Shown: piece by piece, positions 12,440-21,157 of the stretch
Position numbering within the stretch: the stretch's first letter is position 1
How the letters are laid out: the number at the start of each line of letters is the position of its first letter
Assembly: GCF_001598795.1 (NCBI RefSeq)
Contig: NZ_BCZP01000003.1
Coordinates: forward strand, 150,001-182,000
DNA length: 32,000 nt
Origin: Delftia acidovorans NBRC 14950
GTDB lineage: Bacteria > Pseudomonadota > Gammaproteobacteria > Burkholderiales > Burkholderiaceae_C
Direction: 5' to 3'
Notes under the pieces: model-generated
The model's database searches: none
The model's input: only the letters and a program-made list of their open reading frames with translations
Told to the model about the DNA's origin: nothing
Made by a program: the position numbers and the translations under genes

Positions 12440-13270
12440 CTAGTAAATTTCAAGGCCCGCCTTGCTCATAATTGCCTGAAAAATTTGATCATCCAATTCA
12501 CTGCTTAAACCCATACCCTCATCGGAGCAAAACGCGGCAATTGCTTTTTTTGTGTTTTGACCCACGATTCCATCTGGATCACCGGGTCGATAACCAAGGT
12601 AGATCAGCGCGCCTTGCACAGCACGGGCTCTAAGGTCTCTAGTGATGCCTGAGCTGAATTTATCAAATTCGTGCTCCAGCTTGAGGTGATATCCCCGCTC
12701 GGCATAATTTGGTCCATTATATCGGTAGGCGAATTGATCCCATCGCTCTTCACGCAGAAACTTATCCATTCCTTCATGCTGCATGAAACTAGCCATTGCG
12801 GAGAGTTGCATTGCCTCCGACTCGGCCATCTGCTCTGCCATCTGCGAAGCACTCTTGAAGCCTGATGCCTTCGCATTGAAACCCATCACCTGGCCCAGCC
12901 CCCAACTCGCACTCTGCATCGCTTTTTCTTCTTTAATACCCCGGCCACGGCACAAATCGATCGCTTCTTGCAAACGCACATATTCAGCCTCGCCCCCCTT
13001 GTAGTCCCCAGGAGTACTTGAACAAAGAAGTGGATGACTATCTGCGAAAGCTCCTTCAGTGAGTCTAAAGAAAACATGTTTCTCAAACAAGATTTTTGGT
13101 TTTCGCGTAGACAAGAATCCAAATCCTCGACTCTCGACAAGCAAAACAGCCCAAAGCTTTGGCATATCGAATGCGGGATCCATGCCTAATATTTCAAGAG
13201 CCGAGTGCATATCGCTTTCAACGAGCGGCTGTCCAACTCCAACAAATGTATTTAACGAAATATTTGGCAT
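12440..13270 (-). CDS. N-acetylmuramidase-family (DUF3380-like) peptidoglycan hydrolase with a C-terminal PG_binding_1-like domain
   Basis: 276 aa. SWGLGQVMGFN...FAYRYNGPNYAERGYHLKL matches the muramidase family as I remember it. The C-terminal LRARAVQGALIYLGYRPGDPDGIVGQNTKKAIAAF is a peptidoglycan-binding repeat. RBS is GAGGTG. There is no signal peptide. Confidence 0.75.
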   Translation of the reverse strand: MPNISLNTFVGVGQPLVESDMHSALEILGMDPAFDMPKLWAVLLVESRGFGFLSTRKPKILFEKHVFFRLTEGAFADSHPLLCSSTPGDYKGGEAEYVRLQEAIDLCRGRGIKEEKAMQSASWGLGQVMGFNAKASGFKSASQMAEQMAESEAMQLSAMASFMQHEGMDKFLREERWDQFAYRYNGPNYAERGYHLKLEHEFDKFSSGITRDLRARAVQGALIYLGYRPGDPDGIVGQNTKKAIAAFCSDEGMGLSSELDDQIFQAIMSKAGLEIY

Positions 13271-13422
13271 GATAACACCTCAAATAGTGGCTGCGGCCTG
13301 CTCTAAAAATATACAAACAAAAACTAGCGATTCATTGTTTGCAAAAACCAAATCTTTGAAAAAGATCCACAAGAGGACGGTATGCTATTTTCACCAATGC
13401 AAGTTCATAAGAAATCGCTTGG

Positions 13423-14142
13423 TCAAGGCAGTATTTTCGTCAACGGCCACGCAGCCTTCAGTTCATCTGGTGTACCGTTGAAGACATTAACATCAAGATC
13501 CTTCTTGGTTCCCGGGAGACGGATCTGCACCAGCAGCTCGCTGGAAAATTGCCACAGTGTGTAGCTGGGCCAAACACCAGTCGGAAAATCTATGACCTTG
13601 GGCTTGAACCGCGCGTACCAGAGAGGGGTATGAGAGAATACGCTGCCCTTGTACTTCTCGGAGATGAGTTTGGCACTTGAATGGTTCGTATACAGGACTG
13701 GGTAACGTCCAGTTCGAACCTTTACCCGCTCTATGAATACGATGGCTTCATCGACATTCATGAGCTTCTTGGACTTTGCATCCTCCAAGTCCAACGCTAT
13801 GAGTTCATCAGGGCCGGGCTTAACGGTGTCAATGTAGAAGTCAGCCTGCTGAAGAGGATTGCCGGCTACGCCCCAATGGTATGAGCCCCAGAGATATCCC
13901 CGTTTTAAAGCCTCTTCTTTGCGCTCCATATATGCAGGATCAAGGGACTTTGTACCTATAGTCGCCTTGTGTATCACAGCCACGACACGACGCTCTGTCG
14001 CAAGCTTTTCCCAATCAATGGGATTACTATAAAAGGGATCGATCACCAACGCTACACTGGTATCTTTCCACGGGGAATCGAACTCCGTACCGATTGCAGG
14101 CATGGACAAGCAAGCCGCGAGAATTGCCGCAATAAAGCGCAT
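13423..14142 (-). CDS. secreted GH25-family lysozyme (muramidase)
   Basis: 239 aa. It has an N-terminal signal peptide MRFIAAILAACLSMPAIG. Then come IDWEKL...VVAVIHKATIG...GSYHW...QADFY...IALDLED...PVLYTN...PLWYARF...TLWQFS...DVNVFNG, which is the GH25 motif order. RBS is GGGGGAG. Confidence 0.8.
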   Translation of the reverse strand: MRFIAAILAACLSMPAIGTEFDSPWKDTSVALVIDPFYSNPIDWEKLATERRVVAVIHKATIGTKSLDPAYMERKEEALKRGYLWGSYHWGVAGNPLQQADFYIDTVKPGPDELIALDLEDAKSKKLMNVDEAIVFIERVKVRTGRYPVLYTNHSSAKLISEKYKGSVFSHTPLWYARFKPKVIDFPTGVWPSYTLWQFSSELLVQIRLPGTKKDLDVNVFNGTPDELKAAWPLTKILP

Positions 14143-14760
14143 ACAGATCTCCCCCTTTTAGCTATCATCTACAGTACCACCCACATCGTTTAAGCGCAAC
14201 CTTCTTTTTTTCGGCACAGGAACTTTAGATATGACCTCTGTATTCCTAGGAATTTTCACAGTCTTATGTCAAAGAAGGATAAGTAGTGGACTTTTTCGGG
14301 GAGTCAGGGACCATCTTATCCCCCACGGTCTGTACTGTAGCAAGCCGCCATTGATTTTTTCTACTGGCTTACCCTTGCTGTGCATCTGGCTAGCGCCGCC
14401 AAATTAATTAGAGCACCCCATAGGATTGCCAGTTCCATGCTGCTTGCCAAAAGTAAAACTCAAGCAGCACCTACCTTTGAAGGGCACTCGAATGGTTCGC
14501 CCAATGATCCGCAGCGAAGGGAGCACAGTGCAGTAGAGCTGATGCCAGATCGGCGAGACAGTTGTGATCTTGACCTGCAAACTAATGCCCGAAATGACAG
14601 GGCGTCTACGGCAGGTTACGCTCGTTGGTTGCCTTCATCGAAGCAGATTGGCTGCATCGATCAGCACTTACCCTCCTAATAGGCGGCGTTGCAACCATAG
14701 ATAGCATGTGAAACGCACTTAACTACCGCTTAAGCGCTTTGCTTGAAGGAGAATATATGT

Positions 14761-15198
14761 ATGTCATCAAAGTTGCTACTCGAAGATGGTAGGGCACTCT
14801 GGCGCTCCAACCTCGGAAATTGGGGCATGTTGTATCTGATTTCCCAAGAAATTTCAGCGCCTGATGCACCCCTGCTAATTTGGCTCATCGATATGTCTAA
14901 TCGCGCATCACCATTCTGTGAATTTGATATTCAAGGCATTCCGGTTTCAGCACGTCAGGAGTTTGGGGCTTACGCATCCCGCGCTTGGGTGAAAATTCAA
15001 ATTAAATACGGAAGCAATACTTCGCCTCCAGACAACGCATATGCAGCGGAATATTTGCAGCATCTCATACGCATGCATGAAAGCATTGAGGTAGGCGAGC
15101 CGCCCTCGACCCTAAATGATTTCGACAAGACAATTGAGTACTGCGGAGCTCATGAAGACTTGGACACACTTTGGGCGGCGCCAGAAGATTACGTCTAG
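14761..15198 (+). CDS. hypothetical acidic cytoplasmic protein (possible immunity-type protein)
   Basis: The ATG at 14761 has AAGGAG 9 nt upstream. The track begins at an in-frame TTG at 14743. It is 145 aa and AT-rich, and I recognise no family. Confidence 0.55.
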   Translation: MSSKLLLEDGRALWRSNLGNWGMLYLISQEISAPDAPLLIWLIDMSNRASPFCEFDIQGIPVSARQEFGAYASRAWVKIQIKYGSNTSPPDNAYAAEYLQHLIRMHESIEVGEPPSTLNDFDKTIEYCGAHEDLDTLWAAPEDYV

Positions 15199-15366
15199 CC
15201 GAACTCGGCCGTTAAATCTCGAGCTCCATCAGTACCAGCTTTGCCAAGTGCACACGCGCCCCGAAGAGCTGCGCCCCCTCTTCGCACACACTCCCTCCAC
15301 ACCCCCACCCCATAATCCCGCCCGCAACCCCCAGCCCTCCCCCGGCCCTTCTTGCAGGCACAAGAC

Positions 15367-16491
15367 ATGACTTCACTGACCGAGCTGTGGCAGGCAGCCA
15401 TCACCTGGCTCGCCACCCACGCCGTAACCCCCACCGTCCACTGGCTGGACATCGCCCAGGCGGCCGGTGATCCGCGTGAGATTGCTGAGGCGGTGCTGAT
15501 TGCCGGGCTGCAGCTGTTCCTGATCGCGGGCGTGATGCGGCCGCTGGAGAGCCTGTTTCCGGCCGAGCGCTGGAGCGACCGGCGGCTGACCACGGTGGAC
15601 CGCAACTACACGCTGCTGATGCTGCTGGGGCTGTTTCCGCTGTTCAGTTTTCTGGTGCTGATGCCGTTTGCCAGCATGCTGGGCGGCGGGCCGGCGGCCG
15701 AGGAGGCGACGGGGCTCAAGCATTGGGTACCGTGGTTTGCGGACCATCCGGTGGCGCTGTTCCTGGTGTACTACGTGGTCTACGACCTGGTGTATTACTG
15801 GATGCACCGCGCCCAGCACGTGATTCCCTGGTGGTGGGCCATGCACAGCATGCACCACAGCCAACGCCAGATGAGCTGCTGGAGCAATGACCGCAGCCAC
15901 TATCTGGACGGCATGCTGCAGTCCTTCATCCTGGCCACGGTGGGGCTGGCGATGGGGGTGGAGCCTTCGGAATTTGCGCTGCTGGGGCTGCTGAGCGAGC
16001 TGGTGCAGAACTTCTCGCACGCCAATGTTCGGCTGCGCCTGGGCTGGCTGGGCCGGGTGGGTGAGCGCGTGCTGGTGGGCCCGCTGTTTCACCGCCACCA
16101 CCACATGCTGCGCGACCCCGAGCGGCCCACGCGCCACAACTGCAATTTTGGGCAGGTGCTGCCCTGGTGGGACATGCTGTTTGGCACGGCGCTGTACACC
16201 GACGAACCCGTGCGCCCCACGGGCGTGAGCGACCCCGAGGTGGATGCCGACAACGAGCGCGGGCTGGTGGCCATGCAGTGGCATACGCTCAAGCGGTTCT
16301 GGGGGGCGTTTCGCCGGCGCGATGGCTGGCGGCTGGGCGATGTGTCCTTCGGGCCCGGTTACCGGCCCATTCATGACGACGACGGGGCCCAGCCCCACCC
16401 TGCGGCCGGGGCGGCTGCGGTGACGGGGGCGGCCGGGGTTGCGCCTACGGCTCCAGGTTCGGCCGCATCAGCGCCTCGAACCAGTCGATGA
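15367..16491 (+). CDS. fatty acid hydroxylase / sterol desaturase superfamily membrane protein
   Basis: It has His boxes HRAQH, HSMHH and HRHHHM plus several hydrophobic segments. I prefer the ATG at 15367 over the TTG at 15352. The Ala/Gly/Pro-rich tail overlaps the LysR 3' end by 47 nt. Confidence 0.8.
   Translation: MTSLTELWQAAITWLATHAVTPTVHWLDIAQAAGDPREIAEAVLIAGLQLFLIAGVMRPLESLFPAERWSDRRLTTVDRNYTLLMLLGLFPLFSFLVLMPFASMLGGGPAAEEATGLKHWVPWFADHPVALFLVYYVVYDLVYYWMHRAQHVIPWWWAMHSMHHSQRQMSCWSNDRSHYLDGMLQSFILATVGLAMGVEPSEFALLGLLSELVQNFSHANVRLRLGWLGRVGERVLVGPLFHRHHHMLRDPERPTRHNCNFGQVLPWWDMLFGTALYTDEPVRPTGVSDPEVDADNERGLVAMQWHTLKRFWGAFRRRDGWRLGDVSFGPGYRPIHDDDGAQPHPAAGAAAVTGAAGVAPTAPGSAASAPRTSR
15557..15581 (+). 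repeat. 25-nt identical core, right copy, inside the intact desaturase gene
   Basis: It is a perfect match to 12157-12181, exactly 3400 bp to the left. Confidence 0.9.
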
Positions 16492-17389
16492 AAACCGCCA
16501 GCCGGCGCGAGCGCTGGCGGCGGTGCGGATACAGCAGCGCCACGGGCATGGGCGCTGCGCGGTGGGCGGGCAGCACTTCCACCAGCTCGCCCGTGTCCAG
16601 CAGGTGCTGCACGTCATAACGCGGGATCTGGATCAGCCCCAGGCCTGCGCGGCAGCAGGCGATGTAGCTTTCTGCATTGTTGGTCACCACGCGGCTGGGC
16701 ACGGCCAGGGTCTGCGGCCCATCCACTCCATCCACCCCATCCACATCGCTCGCCCCACTCCATTCCCAGGGCAGTTCCCGCCCCGTGCGCGGCGAGGCAT
16801 AGCCCACGCTCCAGTGGCCGTGCAGCAGGTCCTGCGGCTGCTCGGGCAGGCCGTGCTCGCGCAGGTAGGCGGGGCTGGCGCAGTTGATGAGGGCAATGCA
16901 GCCCTGCGGGCGCACGACCAGGCTGCTGTCATGCAAGGTGCCCACGCGCACGGCGCAGTCCACGCCTTCCTGCACCAGGTCGATGGCGCGGTCTGACGAA
17001 CCCAGCACCAGCTGCAGCCCCGGGTGGCGGCGCATGAGCCCCGGCAGCGCAGGCGCCAGCAGGCGGCGCGCGATGCGGCTGGGCACGTCCACATGCAGCC
17101 GGCCCGTGGCCTGGCGCGTGCGGGCCTGGAACATCTGCTCCACGTCCTCGGCCTCTGACAGCAACGGGCGCACACGCTCCAGCAACTGGGCGCCATCGGC
17201 CGTCAGGCTGACCTGGCGCGTGGTGCGGTGCAAGAGCCTTGCGCCCACCTGCTCCTCCAGCTGCTGCACGGCGGCGGAGACCGTGGCGCGCGGCAGGTCC
17301 AGTGCGTGGGCGGCCTTGATGAAGCTGCCCATCTCGGCCACCTGCATGAAGATCCGGTATCGGTCGAGTCGGTCCATGGGACGCAGCAT
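16445..17389 (-). CDS. LysR-family transcriptional regulator
   Basis: MDRLDRYRIFMQVAEMGSFIKAAHALDLPRATVSAAVQQLEEQVGARLLHRTTRQVSLT is a LysR HTH, followed by a substrate-binding domain. The start is ATG 17389 or ATG 17377. The track start at 17509 overlaps the SDR gene. Confidence 0.85.
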   Translation of the reverse strand: MLRPMDRLDRYRIFMQVAEMGSFIKAAHALDLPRATVSAAVQQLEEQVGARLLHRTTRQVSLTADGAQLLERVRPLLSEAEDVEQMFQARTRQATGRLHVDVPSRIARRLLAPALPGLMRRHPGLQLVLGSSDRAIDLVQEGVDCAVRVGTLHDSSLVVRPQGCIALINCASPAYLREHGLPEQPQDLLHGHWSVGYASPRTGRELPWEWSGASDVDGVDGVDGPQTLAVPSRVVTNNAESYIACCRAGLGLIQIPRYDVQHLLDTGELVEVLPAHRAAPMPVALLYPHRRQRSRRLAVFIDWFEALMRPNLEP

Positions 17390-17417
17390 AGTCCGTGCAG
17401 CAGTCCTTCTACTTGGC

Positions 17418-18191
17418 CTACTTGGTGGTGTAGCCGCCGTTGATGAGGATGGTCTGCCCGGTGATCCACCAGCCGTCGCTGACCAGGTGGCGGATGAAGG
17501 GCACCACATCTTCGATATGCGTCAGCCCCGAGGGCGAGAACGGCGACAGCGCCGCCGCGCTCTTGTGATAGGCCACGGCGTCCGCGCCTTCCTGGCCGTA
17601 GAAGAACGGCGTGTCCATGGGCCCCGGCCCCACGGCCGTGACCGAGATGCCCCGCGCCCCGAACTCCTTGGCCGCCGCCCGCGTGAAATGCTCCACCGGC
17701 GCCTTGGTGCCCGCGTAGGAGGAATAGAACGGCGTGAACGCGCCCAGCAGCGAAGTCACCAGGGTCACGATCTTGCCGTGGTCGTTGACATGGCGCCCCG
17801 CCTCCTTGAGGAAGAAAAACGCCGACTTGCCGTTGACGGCGGCCATCTCGTCGTACTCCGCCTCGCTGATCTCCATCAGCGGCTTCTTGAGCACCTTGCC
17901 CACCGTGTTGATGGCAATGTCCGGCCGGCCCACGGCGTCCACGGTCTCTGCAAAAAGCCGCTCCACGGCGCCAGCGCGCGTGAGGTCACCCTGCAGCGCC
18001 ACGGCCTCTGCGCCCAGCGCACGCACTGCGGCCACCGTGGTCTCCGCCTCGGCCCGTGAAGACTCGCTGTTGTAGTGCACCACCACGGCCCGCGCGCCGT
18101 GCCCCGCCAGATCACGGGCAATCAGCCCGCCCAGATTCTTGGCGCCGCCTGCAATCAGCGCCACCTTGCCGCGAATGGAATGGTCTGCCAT
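17418..18191 (-). CDS. short-chain dehydrogenase/reductase (SDR) family oxidoreductase
   Basis: From the ATG at 18191 (RBS AAGGAG): KVALIAGGAKNLGG (Rossmann TGxxxGxG-like) ...YSSYAGTKAPVEHF (YxxxK) ...ITGQTILINGGY. The upstream part of the 383-aa track ORF is translation of repeat copy B. Confidence 0.85.
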   Translation of the reverse strand: MADHSIRGKVALIAGGAKNLGGLIARDLAGHGARAVVVHYNSESSRAEAETTVAAVRALGAEAVALQGDLTRAGAVERLFAETVDAVGRPDIAINTVGKVLKKPLMEISEAEYDEMAAVNGKSAFFFLKEAGRHVNDHGKIVTLVTSLLGAFTPFYSSYAGTKAPVEHFTRAAAKEFGARGISVTAVGPGPMDTPFFYGQEGADAVAYHKSAAALSPFSPSGLTHIEDVVPFIRHLVSDGWWITGQTILINGGYTTK

Positions 18192-18324
18192 GGAAACGCT
18201 CCTTGTGCTTGGATGAAGCACCCAGCTTAGGCAGCCCGCCCCCCGCGATAAACCCGCGCAGCCGGGATGGATCATCCAGAAAACCAGAACAATCAGCCGC
18301 GCCCAGCGGCTCCTGCCCCGGGGC

Positions 18325-18640
18325 AGTCCGCTCCGCTCCCCCCTCCCGTATGCCCGCGCCTGCGTCGTGGCGCTTGCGGGGTTGCAAGCCTGCCGAAGGA
18401 CAGGCTTGCTTCGTGATCTGACTTGCCGCAGTTGTCTGAGCGGAGCGCGAAGCGCGCAGAGAGTTCTGCGGCAAACCCCGCAAGCGCCACGACGCAGGTT
18501 GCCCGCAGCGAAGCGGAGGGTCGCGGGCATTCGGGTCGCCTTCTTTGGCCCGGTTTCTTGGCGAGACAAGAAAGCGGGTCGGCCGCCGGGCCGAGACCCG
18601 GCCTCGAAAAAACACCCCCCGGCAGGGTCAAGAACAAGCT
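18325..18640 (-). repeat. structured intergenic repeat, copy B (inverted relative to copy A)
   Basis: Its reverse complement aligns with 5659-5975. Helices are 18549-18560/18567-18578, 18360-18383/18474-18497, 18424-18431/18466-18473 and 18384-18392/18401-18409. Confidence 0.85.
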
Positions 18641-18664
18641 ACACACCGCCCGTGTCCCAAGACA

Positions 18665-19909
18665 TCAGGACAGCTCGCGCTCGTACATATACCTCCGCGA
18701 CCAAGGCAACGAAGCAGCCCCCTGCCCCGCCCTCCGACAAACAACCTGAAAGATAGACACGTCATCGTGCTCAAACGCATAAGCACACCCCGCCAAATAC
18801 ACCCTCCAAATCCGAAACCTCTCCTCCTCCACCAACGCCCGAATCTCCGGCACACAAGCCTCAAACCGCTCCAGCCACAACTGCAACGTGCGCACGTAAT
18901 GCCGCCGCAACCCCTCCACATCCAGCACCTCCAGCCCCCCACGCTGCATGGCCTCCAGCGCCAGGCTCAGGTGCGGCAGCTCGCCATCAGGAAACACATA
19001 GCGGTCGATGAACGCGCCGCCACCCAGGGCCGAGGCGCCCACGTCCGCATCGGTGGAGGTGATGCCGTGGTTCAGCGCCAGGCCGTCATCGGCCAGCAGC
19101 TCGCGCATGTGCGCAAAGTACATGGGCAGGTTGCGGCGGCCCACATGCTCGAACATGCCGACGCTGGTGATGCGGTCAAAGCGCCCCTGCACGTCGCGGT
19201 AGTCCTGCAGGCGGATCTCGATGCGGTCGGCCAGGCCTGCGGCGCGCACGCGCTCGGTGGCCGCTTCGAACTGGTTGCGCGACAGGGTCACGCCCACGCA
19301 GTGCGCGCCAAAGTGCTGGGCCGCGCGCAGCACCAGGGCGCCCCAGCCGCAGCCGATGTCCAGCAGGCGCTGGCCGGGCTGCAGGCGGATCTTGGTGAGG
19401 ATGTGGTCCAGCTTCTTGCGCTGGGCGGTGGCCAGGTCCTCGTCGCCGTTCTCGAAGTAGGCGCAGGAATAGACCATGCCCTCGTCCAGCCAGAGGCGGT
19501 AGAAGTCGTCGGAGACGTCGTAGTGGTACTGGATGGATTCGCGGTCCGTGCTGCGGCTGTGCCTGAAGCGCCTTGCCGCGCGCGCCGCAAGCGCCAGCCG
19601 CCCCGGCCCCTTGCCAGCGCCCTGGGTCTTGGACATGCGGCGAGCCAGCGCATAGCCGAAGTCGATGATGTCGGGCAGGCGGCCGTCGATGTCGATCTGG
19701 CCCTTCACATAGGCCTGGCCCAGGTGGTCCAGGCTGGGGTCCAGCAGCAGCGGCAGGGCCGAGGCGCTGCGCACGGTGAGCGTGACGCGCGGCTGCTCGA
19801 AGCGGCCGAAGTCGAACTGCTCGCCATTCCACAGCACCAGCCGCGCCGGCAGATCGGCCCGCGCACGCACGGCCTCGGCCCAGCGCCTGAGCTTCTTGTC
19901 CCAGAACAT
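18665..19909 (-). CDS. cfa: cyclopropane-fatty-acyl-phospholipid synthase family SAM-dependent methyltransferase
   Basis: From the ATG at 19909: ...YDVSDDFYRLWLDEGMVYSCAYF...LLDIGCGWGALVL...SVGMFEHVG...FIDRYVFPDGELP. These are the CMAS family signatures. Confidence 0.85.
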   Translation of the reverse strand: MFWDKKLRRWAEAVRARADLPARLVLWNGEQFDFGRFEQPRVTLTVRSASALPLLLDPSLDHLGQAYVKGQIDIDGRLPDIIDFGYALARRMSKTQGAGKGPGRLALAARAARRFRHSRSTDRESIQYHYDVSDDFYRLWLDEGMVYSCAYFENGDEDLATAQRKKLDHILTKIRLQPGQRLLDIGCGWGALVLRAAQHFGAHCVGVTLSRNQFEAATERVRAAGLADRIEIRLQDYRDVQGRFDRITSVGMFEHVGRRNLPMYFAHMRELLADDGLALNHGITSTDADVGASALGGGAFIDRYVFPDGELPHLSLALEAMQRGGLEVLDVEGLRRHYVRTLQLWLERFEACVPEIRALVEEERFRIWRVYLAGCAYAFEHDDVSIFQVVCRRAGQGAASLPWSRRYMYERELS

Positions 19910-20264
19910 CGTGCATCTCCCCGGGGCTGGCGGCGCCCCCTTTGACATGAACCGCATGAACCGCATGAAAAGCAAATGACCAGTCTTGCCGGTTCATGTG
20001 ACGGCAAGACGTCAGCACGGCAGCCCGCGCCGGTAGCGGATCGATACAGACCCGATGGCGCCCACACCCCGCCAGCGGCCCGGCTTGGGGCACACTGGCC
20101 GGCGTTCCAACTGCCCCGGCGCGAAGGCGCCTGCGACAGACCCATGCAAGCCCATGACCTGAGCACCGAACACTGCATCAAGCACCGCAACGAACAACGC
20201 AGCACCGGCGGCTATGGCCTGCCGGATTTCAGGAACCTGCCATCGAACTGGAGCCAGTGACGCC

Positions 20265-21092
20265 ATGGCCATGACCCATACCCAGGCGCTGTCCAAGCTG
20301 GCAGCCGATACCCTGGTGCAGACCCTGGAGGAAGACGTGGCGCGCGTGATGGCGCGCACGTTTGCGCTGGGCCGGCACGATGCCGCTATTGCGGCCAACT
20401 ACGGCGGCCATGCCCTGCCGCCCCTGCTGCGGCGCTGGAGCTGCGTGCTGCAGGCCGGTGACGCCAAGGCAACGGCGCTGTACCGGCACAAGACGGCGCT
20501 GGCCCTGGCCATCGTGCTGCACAGGAACGGCCTGGCCGATGCGGGCCTGAACGCGGCCGCGTGCACGGCCATCGATGTGCTCAATGCCGAGGTGGCGCTC
20601 AGCGATGACTTCTTTCGCAAGTCGGCGCAGATCCGCCAGGACTTTCTGGACACGCCGCCCGCGCCGCCCAAACGCTCGCCGGGCCTGCCCGACAGCCTGA
20701 CCTTCTACCGCGCGGCCGACGTGGTGGCCATGGAGCTGGACGGGCGCTTCCACGCCCTGTATGTGCACGGCTGCGCCAGGACCAACCAGAGCCCCATCGT
20801 CGAGTTCTACGACGCGGTGTTCGACCATGTGCCGCAGATGGCGGAACTGGCCGACGTTCGCGCCCGGGGCCGACGCTACAACGATGGCGTGGGGCGGGTG
20901 GCGCGGTTTTCCATATCGGGCCTGAAGTTCCTGCCCGACCCGGCCGGCCAGTTCACCCTGGTCAAGGCCTGCGTGGAGACGCCGCCGGACCCCGGCCATC
21001 TGCAAAAGGGTGACTGGCTCTACACGGTGTCCGACATCTTCGAGCTGCAGTCCGAGGTGGACTCCATGTTCGGCCCCGGCGGCAAGCCCTGA
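20265..21092 (+). CDS. hypothetical protein
   Basis: GC3 is high in this frame from the ATG at 20265 (MAMTHTQALSKL...). I recognise no family. The competing minus-strand ORF 20229..21005 has an Arg/Gly/Pro-rich shadow composition. Confidence 0.6.
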   Translation: MAMTHTQALSKLAADTLVQTLEEDVARVMARTFALGRHDAAIAANYGGHALPPLLRRWSCVLQAGDAKATALYRHKTALALAIVLHRNGLADAGLNAAACTAIDVLNAEVALSDDFFRKSAQIRQDFLDTPPAPPKRSPGLPDSLTFYRAADVVAMELDGRFHALYVHGCARTNQSPIVEFYDAVFDHVPQMAELADVRARGRRYNDGVGRVARFSISGLKFLPDPAGQFTLVKACVETPPDPGHLQKGDWLYTVSDIFELQSEVDSMFGPGGKP

Positions 21093-21157
21093 GCCTTGAG
21101 CCTTGAGCTTTGAGTCCTGGCAGCGGTCTGTTCTTGCCTGTTTTCAAGAGGAAATTC

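Larger units (their letters stand above)
9671..15198. mobile_element. bipartite AT-rich genomic island with no recombinase present. Module A is 9671-11940 and module B is 12227-15198, split by a decayed gene fragment.
   Basis: There are abrupt visible composition shifts at about 9671 and about 15199. Codon usage is AT-rich, unlike the flanks. A desaturase 5' fragment at 11941-12226 duplicates 15332-15627. Confidence 0.7.

Noticed and set aside
15373-16398. 341-aa minus-strand ORF opposite the desaturase gene. Similar long shadows lie at 18545..19945 (+), 19176..20093 (-), 20229..21005 (-), 20962..22123 (-), 22105..22926 (-) and 16884..18059 (+).
   Set aside because: All have Arg/Pro/Gly/Ala/His-rich low-complexity products. 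All lie opposite, or out of frame with, genes that have clear family signatures or better GC3 periodicity.
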